Positions 38,542 through 50,729 of a stretch of 57,540 nucleotides of DNA are shown one piece after another. Location of the stretch: contig DQXI01000214.1 in NCBI GenBank assembly GCA_011042305.1, positions 1 through 57,540 on the forward strand. Reading direction: 5' to 3'. The notes beneath the pieces were generated by a model. The model saw only the letters and a program-made list of their open reading frames with translations. It made no database searches and had not been told where the DNA came from. The DNA comes from Desulfobacteraceae bacterium (lineage in GTDB: Bacteria > Desulfobacterota > Desulfobacteria > Desulfobacterales > UBA2174). The position numbers and the translations under genes are program-made. How positions within the stretch are numbered: the first letter of the stretch is position 1; every line of letters starts with the position of its first letter.

Positions 38542-39045
38542 ATGGCACACTGCATCCTGCTCAACGCCGACTACTCCTTTCTCAACGTGGTATCCTGGCG
38601 CCGGGCCATGTGCCTGGTGGCCAAGCAGAAGGTTGAAGTCCTCAAGTACTCCGAGCACACGGTGGGTTGCGTGGAAGGGCTGCGCCGGGCCGTGCCGGCC
38701 GTGATGCGGCTGATCAAGCTCATTCGCACCATCTACCGGGCACGCGTACCCTTTTCCAAGCGCAACGTCCTGATCCGCGACCGGTTTCGTTGCGCCTACT
38801 GCGGCAGCGTCGGCGGACGGCTCACCGTCGACCACATCATCCCCCGCTGTCGCGGGGGGCAAACCGATTTCGACAACTGCGTCGCCTGCTGTCCCACCTG
38901 CAATGCCCGCAAGGGGGGCCGCACCCCCACCGAAGCCCGGCTGCACCTCCGGCGGCGACCTTACCAACCCACCATCTCGGAATTCATCCGGCTCAAGTTC
39001 GCCGCCCTGGGGCTAGAATCGGTGCTTGACGAGGTTCTGCTCTAG
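38542..39045 (+). CDS. stand-alone HNH endonuclease
   Basis: RDRFRCAYCG...LTVDHIIPRCRGGQTDFDNCVACCPTCNARKG is the HNH/zinc-finger core, 167 aa. Confidence 0.85.
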   Translation: MAHCILLNADYSFLNVVSWRRAMCLVAKQKVEVLKYSEHTVGCVEGLRRAVPAVMRLIKLIRTIYRARVPFSKRNVLIRDRFRCAYCGSVGGRLTVDHIIPRCRGGQTDFDNCVACCPTCNARKGGRTPTEARLHLRRRPYQPTISEFIRLKFAALGLESVLDEVLL

Positions 39046-39082
39046 CAATGCCGCTTGACGGCTGATTGATGTGCTCGTGAAA

Positions 39083-39251
39083 ATTCCTGAAGGGGCATCC
39101 CGAGCGAAGGGAGGAATCCGTGCGCTCACCGGCACATCCAGCGATACCGAGCAGCGGGGATTCCTTGTCGCAAGCTCGCGCTGAGAAGGGGCGACCGTAC
39201 TCCTCGCAATGGCCCTCTTCCCGTATCATTCCTGAGGCAGTGAGGAATCCG
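39083..39251. repeat. two related hairpin repeats (ATTCCTGA...AGGAATCCG.G.CTCA) plus a third ATTCCT half-site
   Basis: Copy A is 39083-39128, ATTCCTGAAGGGGCATCCCGAGCGAAGGGAGGAATCCGTGCGCTCA. Copy B is 39228-39258, ATTCCTGAGGCAGTGAGGAATCCGCGGCTCA. Each forms an ATTCCT/AGGAAT stem. GATTCCT occurs again around 39158. Confidence 0.45.
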
Positions 39252-39301
39252 CGGCTCATAATGCGACAGAAAACGGTGACGGGCAAGAAGGATAATTCAC
39301 C

Positions 39302-39628
39302 ATGTTCTACCGCAGAAGCAAAAATGGCTACCGACGCGTGCTGGACGGTATCGAGCTGAAAACCCTCGTCCACGGCGAGCGCACCCTGATGGCCGAGTTC
39401 AGCCTGGCCGCCGGGGCGCTCTTACCCGTTCACCGCCACCCCCACGAGCAGACCGGCTACCTGGTCAGCGGACGGCTGCGCCTGACGGTGGGCGAGGAAA
39501 CCTTCGAGGCCGGCCCCGGCGACGCCTGGACGGTACCGTCGTACATCCCCCATGGCGGCGAAGCCCTGGCGGACACGGTGGCCGTTGAGGTGTTCTCCCC
39601 TGTACGGGAGGACTATCTGGATCGATAG
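39302..39628 (+). CDS. cupin-domain protein
   Basis: 108 aa with LPVHRHPHEQTGYLVSG and the WTVPSYIPHG two-motif cupin pattern. Confidence 0.75.
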   Translation: MFYRRSKNGYRRVLDGIELKTLVHGERTLMAEFSLAAGALLPVHRHPHEQTGYLVSGRLRLTVGEETFEAGPGDAWTVPSYIPHGGEALADTVAVEVFSPVREDYLDR

Positions 39629-39648
39629 GCGGCGGTGGCGCCTCCGGT

Positions 39649-39876
39649 TCACTGGTTGCCAAACCCGTTCTGGGCCCCGCAGTCCGGGCACTGCCAGGTA
39701 ATCCCGTTGCAGGACATGCCCCAGAAGTTCTCCAGCATGCAGTCCTGGCAGATGGCAAAGCCGCAGCGACACTGCCAGCAAAACGGAACCTTGGCGCCAC
39801 AGCAGTGGCATGTGGTCTGGCGCTCGCGCCTGCGGCGCTCGCGCCAGGAAACGGGGTTCTCCGGTGATGTCTTCAT
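39649..39876 (-). CDS. small Cys-rich (12 Cys) zinc-ribbon-like protein, function unknown
   Basis: MKTSPENPVSWRERRRRERQTTCHCCGAKVPFCWQCRCGFAICQDCMLENFWGMSCNGITWQCPDCGAQNGFGNQ. Third-position GC is about 85%, like neighbouring genes, and the ATG at 39874-39876 is preceded by GGGAGA. Confidence 0.55.
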   Translation of the reverse strand: MKTSPENPVSWRERRRRERQTTCHCCGAKVPFCWQCRCGFAICQDCMLENFWGMSCNGITWQCPDCGAQNGFGNQ

Positions 39877-40144
39877 CTCGACACTCGTCTCCCAACCATC
39901 AGTTAAAACAAGCCGCCCCGCCAGCCCTGGCGACATCCCTTCCTGGCAGGCCACCGGCCCTTGTTGCACGACGGTAATCGTGGTAAGAACGCTCATCTTG
40001 CCCTGTCCGCCCGGTTTCCTGCGGCTTTCTTAGCGGCCTGAGACGCGCCTGGCAAACCGTGGCAACGCACCTAATTTTGGTGTTCAACATAACCAGGACC
40101 AACGCCCCTGTCCACGGCGGCCGCCCCATTTCAGGTGCCAGAAG

Positions 40145-42826
<2,682 letters not shown>

Positions 42827-42852
42827 TCGGCTTTTTCCGGCCGATGGCCATG

Positions 42853-42877
42853 CGAAATGGGGGGAGCGCCCGCCTTT
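42853..42877 (+). repeat. left copy of the 24/25-nt direct repeat bracketing the lower-GC segment
   Basis: CGAAATGGGGGGAGCGCCCGCCTTT, starting 26 nt after the polA stop. Confidence 0.7.
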
Positions 42878-43340
42878 CTCGCCGAGGCAGGTTTCGAGCG
42901 CCGGCCGGCCGGTGTCACAACGGGCTTTCGCTTGCAGTTCTACCGAGAATGGCCGTCGCCCTGCCCCTTGACTTTTGGCCGAGCCTGTAGCATTTTAAAA
43001 TATTTTACTATGAAAATTGGTTTTCATTGAAAGCAACTATACAGGATTAGGGGAAAAGAGACGAATGGATTGAGCGAGGCGCGGATTTTTCCTTAAACGA
43101 CTGATTCGGGTGTCCTTCAGCCCTGACACAGGGTCCTTTGATGGATCAAATCAAGGGTGCCTTATTCACGATTGGCCCTGGAGTCAAGAATAACGCCCTT
43201 TCACATAAACGATAACGGGCGCTCCACGCGGTGAGGCCCCTTCATTTCCTTCTTTTGTATCCCCACACCCGATCCCTGCCAGATCGTTTCGACCGAAACC
43301 GCCCCTGTCCGTCCTGACCGAGATTTTTGAAGGAACGCAC

Positions 43341-44483
43341 ATGATTCGATATGAATCCGTAACCAAGGTGTATGGGAACGGGAAGGATGCCGTGACCGCC
43401 CTGGACAATGTCAGCCTGGAAATCCAGGCCGGCGAGGTGGTCATCCTGCTCGGACCTTCCGGCTGTGGAAAGACTACGACCCTGAGGCTGACCAACCGGC
43501 TCGAGACCCTGACCCGGGGCACGATCACCATCAACGGCCAAGACATCATGCAGGTCGACGCGGTCAAGCTCAGGCAGAAGATCGGGTATGTCATCCAGGA
43601 AATCGGTCTCTTTCCGAACAAGACCATCGCGGAGAACGTGGCCGTGGTCCCCAAGCTTTTGGGCTGGAGCGAGGAAAGGATCCGCGAAAGGGTGGACGAG
43701 CTTCTCTGGATGACCAACCTCGACCCGCGGACCTACCGGGACCGGTATCCGGCTGAACTCTCCGGGGGACAGCAGCAACGGGTCGGAGTGGCCCGGGGGC
43801 TAGCGGCCGATCCGAACATCCTCCTCATGGATGAACCCTTCGGGGCCATCGATCCGATCAACCGCGAGCAGATTCAGGATGAGTTTCTCCGCCTTCAGGC
43901 GAAACTGAAAAAGACCGTCGTCTTTGTTTCCCACGACATCCACGAGGCCATCAAGATGGGGGACAGAATCGCCCTCTTCGATAAGGGCAGGCTGATTCAG
44001 TACGACACCCCGGAGGCGATCCTGACCCAGCCCAAAAACAAATTCGTGGCCGATTTCGTGGGGGCCGACCGGGCCCTAAAAGTTCTGGGGCTCATCCGGA
44101 CCGGGGACATCATGAACCGGTCTCCCAAGAACCTGCTGCGGATGACGGATCAGGCCCAAGATGTGCTGAAGTTTATGGACTCGAAGAAATTCCATTACGG
44201 CATCGTCCTGAACGGCGGCAAACCCATGGGCTATGTAACCAACAGAACCCTCAAGTATGAGCAGGGGCCGATCCGTGATCTGGTGGAAACATACCCCTGC
44301 CTGGTGGAAGAAAAGCGGAACCTGCGCGATGTGCTTTCCATGATGTTGATGTACAACCTCATGACCCTTTGCGTCGTGGACGATAACGGCGACTTTATCG
44401 GTACCGTCTCCTACAACGACATCCAGAAGGCCATCAAGGAAAGCTACACAGACGAGGCCGAACGAAACGGCGAGGGAGAGTGA
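43341..44483 (+). CDS. osmoprotectant (glycine betaine/choline-type) ABC transporter ATP-binding protein with tandem CBS domains
   Basis: Walker A GPSGCGKTT, signature LSGGQQQRV, Walker B LLMDEPF, and a C-terminal CBS pair (OpuCA/OsmV architecture). Confidence 0.9.
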   Translation: MIRYESVTKVYGNGKDAVTALDNVSLEIQAGEVVILLGPSGCGKTTTLRLTNRLETLTRGTITINGQDIMQVDAVKLRQKIGYVIQEIGLFPNKTIAENVAVVPKLLGWSEERIRERVDELLWMTNLDPRTYRDRYPAELSGGQQQRVGVARGLAADPNILLMDEPFGAIDPINREQIQDEFLRLQAKLKKTVVFVSHDIHEAIKMGDRIALFDKGRLIQYDTPEAILTQPKNKFVADFVGADRALKVLGLIRTGDIMNRSPKNLLRMTDQAQDVLKFMDSKKFHYGIVLNGGKPMGYVTNRTLKYEQGPIRDLVETYPCLVEEKRNLRDVLSMMLMYNLMTLCVVDDNGDFIGTVSYNDIQKAIKESYTDEAERNGEGE

Positions 44484-44486
44484 GCC

Positions 44487-45155
44487 ATGAGCACCCTTTG
44501 CTTCATCTCGGAAAACATGGAGCGGGTCCTTTACCTCACCTGGGAGCACATCTGGATCGTCGGGAGTTCCCTGGTCATCGCCATGATCATCGGCATCCCC
44601 CTCGGGGTCCTGATCACCAGGCACAAAAACCTGGCCCAGCGGGTGCTAAACACGGCCAACGTGCTGATGACCATCCCTTCCATCGCGCTTTTCGGAATCA
44701 TGCTCCCGATTCTGGCGGTCATGGGGTTCGGACTCGGAAAGCTGCCGGCCGTCATCGCCCTGGTGCTCTACAGCCAGCTTCCCATCATCCGCAATACGTA
44801 TACGGCCATCCTGAACGTCCCCCCGGCGGTCACCGATGCCGGCAGGGGTATGGGAATGAACCGATGGCGGTTGCTCCGGGAGGTGGAGATTCCCCTCGCC
44901 GTTCCCGTGATCCTGGCCGGACTGAGGACGGCTGCGGTGATGAACATCGGAATCGCCGCCATCGCGGCCTATATCGGAGCGGGGGGACTAGGGGTGCTGA
45001 TCTCCCAGGGGATCAGCCGGACATACGAGGAGATGATCATCGCGGGCGCCGTCCTGGTGTCGCTGCTGGCGATCATCGTAGACGGGGCCATGGCCTTGCT
45101 GGAACGCTGGGTCACGCCCCGGGGCCTTCAGGTCCAGAGGAGGCAGAACGGATGA
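44487..45155 (+). CDS. osmoprotectant ABC transporter permease
   Basis: 222 aa, BPD-type permease with the EAA-like loop (DAGRGMGMNRWRLLREVEIPLA). Confidence 0.9.
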   Translation: MSTLCFISENMERVLYLTWEHIWIVGSSLVIAMIIGIPLGVLITRHKNLAQRVLNTANVLMTIPSIALFGIMLPILAVMGFGLGKLPAVIALVLYSQLPIIRNTYTAILNVPPAVTDAGRGMGMNRWRLLREVEIPLAVPVILAGLRTAAVMNIGIAAIAAYIGAGGLGVLISQGISRTYEEMIIAGAVLVSLLAIIVDGAMALLERWVTPRGLQVQRRQNG

Positions 45156-45883
45156 GCCGTCTTTTGAGCCAAGTCTATCGGTTCCTCTTGATGCTGGTCC
45201 TTCTCTGCGCCGGGGTCATGGCCGAGAGGACGGGCCTTGTCCAGTACCTCTCGGACCCCTACGAATACCCGTACATCCTGTCCCGGCTCTGGGAACACGT
45301 CTGCATCGTCGGCGAGAGCATGTCCATTGCCACGGCCATCGGCGTCATCGCCGGCATCCTGCTGACCCGGAGCCGATTCAGGCGCTACGCCGGGATCGTG
45401 ATGTACATCATCAGCCTGGGGCAGACGATTCCTTCCCTGGCCGTGCTTGCACTGGCCATGAGTTTTCTGGGCATCGGCAGCGGGCCCGCCGTATTCGCCC
45501 TGACCGTCTATTCGATCCTGCCGATCGCCAGAAACACCCTGGCCGGCATCACCAACGTTCCGCCCCACCTCACCGATGCGGCGCGGGGCATGGGGATGCC
45601 CCCGGCGCGGATTCTTCTCGAAATCGAGATCCCCAACGCCATGAAAATCATCATCACGGGTTTTCGGATCGCTCTGATTATCAACATCGGCACCGTGGCC
45701 CTGGCCTATCTGATCGGTGCCGGCGGCATGGGCGATCTCATCTTTACGGGAATCGAGGTCATGATGACCGCAAAGCTCCTCGCAGGAGCGATCCCCGTAA
45801 CCATCATGGCCCTGATCGCCGACTTTTGTTGCGGTCTTCTGGAGTTGCTCCTGGTCCCCAAGGGGCTCCGGCTGAACGGATAA
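45152..45883 (+). CDS. osmoprotectant ABC transporter permease (second subunit)
   Basis: ATG 45152 forms an ATGA overlap. The EAA-like loop DAARGMGMPPARILLEIEIPNA is paralogous to the previous gene. Confidence 0.88.
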   Translation: MSRLLSQVYRFLLMLVLLCAGVMAERTGLVQYLSDPYEYPYILSRLWEHVCIVGESMSIATAIGVIAGILLTRSRFRRYAGIVMYIISLGQTIPSLAVLALAMSFLGIGSGPAVFALTVYSILPIARNTLAGITNVPPHLTDAARGMGMPPARILLEIEIPNAMKIIITGFRIALIINIGTVALAYLIGAGGMGDLIFTGIEVMMTAKLLAGAIPVTIMALIADFCCGLLELLLVPKGLRLNG

Positions 45884-45938
45884 AACTGTTTTCCAGAGGC
45901 GGTCCGGGTCAAACAAACTTCATTCAGGAGGTGTTACC

Positions 45939-46844
45939 TTGAAACGATCTTTGCTCAGCGCCGTTGTCCTCATTTCCGTTCTGGCCCTGATTCCGGGCAA
46001 TGTCCTTGCCGAAAAGAAACTGGTGGTGGGGGGCAAGAACTATACGGAACAGTACCTTCTGCCACAGCTCGGAGCCCTGTTGCTGGAGCAGGCCGGTTTC
46101 CAGGTCACGGTCAAAACCGGGGTCGGAAGCAAGCTCCTTCGCCAGTCGCTTGAAAACGGCATGGTGGATCTCTACTTCGAATACACCGGAACCGCCTATG
46201 CCATCTTCTTCAAGGGCAAGGACCGCGCCGTGATGACCAACCCTGAAAAGATATTCGAATTCTGCCGCCAGCAGGACGAGAAAAACGGTCTGGTCTGGCT
46301 GGACCGGTTCCATTTCAACAACACCTATACCCTCATGTTGAGAGAGGCGGATTCCAAAAGACTCGGGATCGTCTCGATTTCGGATCTGGCAGACTACGTG
46401 AACAACAATCCCAAGGCCCTCATCTTCGCCATGAAGGCCGAGGACTGGGAACGGCCCGATGCCTTCAAGGGCATCATGAAGACCTACGGCTTCAAGGTCC
46501 CTCCGGCCAACGTGAAGAAGATGGATTACGGGCTGACGTATATGGCCATGAAGAAAAAAAAGGCGGACTGCGCCTTCGGTTACGCCACGGACGGCCGCGT
46601 CGCAGCCTTTCATTTCGTCAACCTGGTCGACGACAAGAATTTCTTTCCCGTCTACAACCCCGCCCCGGTGGTTCGCAAGGACACGCTGGATCGATATCCG
46701 CAGATCGCAGAGATTCTGCGGCCCCTGACCCAGGCCGTCACGACCCGGGAGATGCAGGAGATGAACGCGGCCGTGGCCATCGAGCACCGGCCCGATGTCG
46801 AGGTGGCCAGGGACTATCTCAAGAAGAAGGGACTTCTCAAATAG
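45939..46844 (+). CDS. osmoprotectant (glycine betaine family) substrate-binding protein
   Basis: TTG start 6 nt after CAGGAGGTG, signal peptide MKRSLLSAVVLISVLALIPGNVLA, and an OpuCC/OsmX-like body. Confidence 0.85.
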   Translation: MKRSLLSAVVLISVLALIPGNVLAEKKLVVGGKNYTEQYLLPQLGALLLEQAGFQVTVKTGVGSKLLRQSLENGMVDLYFEYTGTAYAIFFKGKDRAVMTNPEKIFEFCRQQDEKNGLVWLDRFHFNNTYTLMLREADSKRLGIVSISDLADYVNNNPKALIFAMKAEDWERPDAFKGIMKTYGFKVPPANVKKMDYGLTYMAMKKKKADCAFGYATDGRVAAFHFVNLVDDKNFFPVYNPAPVVRKDTLDRYPQIAEILRPLTQAVTTREMQEMNAAVAIEHRPDVEVARDYLKKKGLLK

Positions 46845-47244
46845 CCGGGCGCCCCTCTTTGCCGGTGTGCCCGAATGGATGTCTATCCCTCCATGCGGCG
46901 CCGGCGGTATCCCCCCCGCCGGCGCCTATGAAGCGGCCGCAACCCGTGCACACGGACACAGCGCTTCATGGGAGGGACGAGGATTTGTAACTCAGCAACT
47001 CAACTTTCCGAATTCAGATTGGACACTTGGGGGCCGGACTGCAGAAAACGATAGATTATCGGCATGTTATTCTCTCGGCAATCCAAAGTTCTGGCCCCAG
47101 ACAAAGGGTGGCATGTACGATCCGACGACTTACGTACCTGAGACAGATCGCCATACAAAGATAAAGACCAACAATAACAGGCCTATATAAAAATTCAGAC
47201 GGGTACGCAAATAATTTCTTGGCATACCCATAGAGCGCCTGTGT

Positions 47245-47280
47245 CCTCCTTTCACATTTCAAACCTAATGTGAAAGGAGG
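47245..47280. repeat. perfect 13-bp inverted repeat (hairpin) in an AT-rich spacer
   Basis: CCTCCTTTCACAT (47245-47257), a 10-nt loop, then ATGTGAAAGGAGG (47268-47280). It is followed by a second small GGAG/CTCC hairpin. Confidence 0.6.
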
Positions 47281-47317
47281 GGCCCTCCCCTAAAATCCCC
47301 ACATTAAACATTGTTTA

Positions 47318-47346
47318 TTGACACGAACGCCATTTCCGCCTAAACT
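47318..47346 (+). promoter_or_regulatory. candidate sigma70 promoter of the MerR/acyl-CoA operon (TTGACA-17 nt-TAAACT)
   Basis: TTGACA at 47318-47323, a 17-nt spacer, TAAACT at 47341-47346, located 24 nt upstream of the ATG at 47370. Confidence 0.5.
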
Positions 47347-47349
47347 TCC

Positions 47350-47363
47350 AGTTAACGTTAACT
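47350..47363. promoter_or_regulatory. 14-bp perfect palindrome, candidate operator
   Basis: AGTTAACGTTAACT is its own reverse complement. It lies between the -10 and the start codon of the MerR-family gene. Confidence 0.45.
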
Positions 47364-47369
47364 AGAAGA

Positions 47370-47783
47370 ATGCGAGCCTGCATGAGCCGAGACGACTCCT
47401 GGACCATCAGCGAACTGGCCGACCAACTGGACATCAGTGCCCGATCCATCCGTTTTTACGAGGAAAAAGGTCTGATCAGCCCCCAGCGCACCCCCGGCGG
47501 ACACCGGGTGTACACCCGCCGGGACCGCGCCCGCATGCGCCTGATCCTGCGGGGCAAGCGCTTCGGCTACAGCCTGGACGAAATCGCCGAGATGATCGGC
47601 ATGGCCGACGTGGACATGGACGAGGCGGACCAGATCCGCAAGTCTCTGGAATACGGCGAGAAAAAGCTGAGAGAGCTGGCCCAACGCAAGGAGGAGATCT
47701 CGGCCATGGAGGCGGATTTGGAGGCGGTGCGACAGAAGATGCTGGAGCGCCTGAAACAACTCGAAGGAACGGGGAAACAATAG
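47370..47783 (+). CDS. MerR-family transcriptional regulator
   Basis: WTISELADQLDISARSIRFYEEKGLI HTH, followed by a coiled-coil C-terminus, 137 aa (or 133 aa from ATG 47382). Confidence 0.88.
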   Translation: MRACMSRDDSWTISELADQLDISARSIRFYEEKGLISPQRTPGGHRVYTRRDRARMRLILRGKRFGYSLDEIAEMIGMADVDMDEADQIRKSLEYGEKKLRELAQRKEEISAMEADLEAVRQKMLERLKQLEGTGKQ

Positions 47784-47792
47784 GGGTGAGCT

Positions 47793-49292
<1,500 letters not shown>

Positions 49293-49322
49293 GCGGAAAA
49301 GCGCGGGCAAAGGAGAAAAGCA

Positions 49323-50567
49323 ATGCACGACATGCTGGTAAAACCAGAGCAAAAGCAGATCATTCAGGAGGTGCGGGATTTTGTTAAAACCATCCCCCGC
49401 CAGATGATCCTGGACATGGACGCCGACAAGATCAAGTTTCCTACCGAGTTTTTGCGGGAAGCGGGCAAACGCAACCTTTTGGGCTGCCGCTATCCCAAGC
49501 AGTGGGGCGGCCGCGATCTTGACTGGCCCACCACCTGCGCGGTGATGGAGGAAGTGGGCACCCTGGGCTATATCTTCGCCTGCACCTTCGGCGTGGGGGC
49601 CGAACTGGTCTGCGACGCCATTGTCCTGCACGGCACGGACGAGCAAAAAGAAAAGTACGTCAAGCCGCTGTTGGCCGGCGACATGTTCGCCGCCGAGTGC
49701 CTTACCGAACCACGGGGCGGCAGCGACTTTTTCGGCACATCCACCACGGCCGAGGACAAGGGCGACTATTTTCTGGTCAACGGCCAGAAGCGCTTTATCG
49801 TGGGCGCCGAAGGGGCCGACTACTTCCTGGTCTACGCCAAGACCGACTTCAGCCCCGACGCCCATCCTCACAAGGCCCTGACCTGCCTGATCGTGGACCG
49901 GGGGCCGGGCGTAAACGTGGAATACCTCTACGGCCTGATGGGCTGCCGGGGCGGCGGCGCGGGCCGCATCGTTTTCAAGGACGTCAAGGTGCCCAAGGAA
50001 AATATCGTCGGCAAGCTCAACAACGCCTATGCCGTGTTCAACACCATGATGATCCCCGAACGCCTGGGCACGGCGGCCATGACCATCGGCGCGGCCCGCC
50101 CGGCCGTGGAGATCGCCACGGGCTACTCCACCCGGCGCAAGGCCTTCGGCCAGCCCATCGCCCAGTTCCAGGGCGTGAGCTTTCAGATCAGCGAAGCGGT
50201 GATGCTCATGGATGTCTGTCGCTCCATGGCCTTTACCACGGCCACGGCCGTGGAAAATCCGGACGTGCCCAGGGCCAGGGTCCGCAGGCTGGTCTCGGAA
50301 ACCAAGAAATTCATCACCGAGTCATGCCAAAAGGCCGCCCGCAACGCCATGCAGGTCATGGGCGGCATAGGCTACACCAATGTTTTCCCCATTGAGCGCA
50401 TTGTGCGTGATCTGGGCCTGGCCTCCATCTGGACCGGGTCCAACGAGGTGATGAGCCTGATCATCGCCCATGAGTGGTACAAGGAGTATTTCGCCTCCAA
50501 GGCGGCCAGGGATCATGAGGATGATGCCGAGGAGAGCCGGGCCCCGGATGAGAAGATCTATGAGTAG
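49323..50567 (+). CDS. acyl-CoA dehydrogenase
   Basis: 414 aa with CLTEPRGGSD, the C-terminal QVMGGIGYT block and the catalytic region IWTGSNEVM. Confidence 0.9.
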   Translation: MHDMLVKPEQKQIIQEVRDFVKTIPRQMILDMDADKIKFPTEFLREAGKRNLLGCRYPKQWGGRDLDWPTTCAVMEEVGTLGYIFACTFGVGAELVCDAIVLHGTDEQKEKYVKPLLAGDMFAAECLTEPRGGSDFFGTSTTAEDKGDYFLVNGQKRFIVGAEGADYFLVYAKTDFSPDAHPHKALTCLIVDRGPGVNVEYLYGLMGCRGGGAGRIVFKDVKVPKENIVGKLNNAYAVFNTMMIPERLGTAAMTIGAARPAVEIATGYSTRRKAFGQPIAQFQGVSFQISEAVMLMDVCRSMAFTTATAVENPDVPRARVRRLVSETKKFITESCQKAARNAMQVMGGIGYTNVFPIERIVRDLGLASIWTGSNEVMSLIIAHEWYKEYFASKAARDHEDDAEESRAPDEKIYE

Positions 50568-50674
50568 ATAGATTGCTAAAATAGCCGCAGTTACGAGCCG
50601 CTTCGGTGCTATGCCGGGGCGGCAACAAGTGGATTTAAAGTCGCCGCGACTCCCGAAAAGCGAGTTCCTGTCTT

Positions 50675-50698
50675 CGAAATGGGGGAGCGCCCGCCTTT
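50675..50698 (+). repeat. right copy of the direct repeat
   Basis: CGAAATGGGGGAGCGCCCGCCTTT is identical to 42853-42877 except for one fewer G. It ends 31 nt before the stop codon of the convergent sigma54-activator gene. Confidence 0.7.
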
Positions 50699-50729
50699 TT
50701 CCGGTCCGACTCGCGAATGCGGAAACCTT

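Noticed and set aside
46554-46561. A8 homopolymer inside the substrate-binding protein gene (encodes KKKK) as a possible phase-variation tract.
   Set aside because: The run is short, in frame and in a non-surface-antigen gene. Nothing in the sequence indicates slippage variants.
46795-47262. ORFs 46795..47190 (+, 131 aa) and 47056..47262 (-, 68 aa, TTG start) in the AT-rich spacer.
   Set aside because: They have no SD, composition unlike neighbouring genes and no recognisable motifs, and the two overlap each other. They are most likely chance ORFs in decaying or non-coding DNA.
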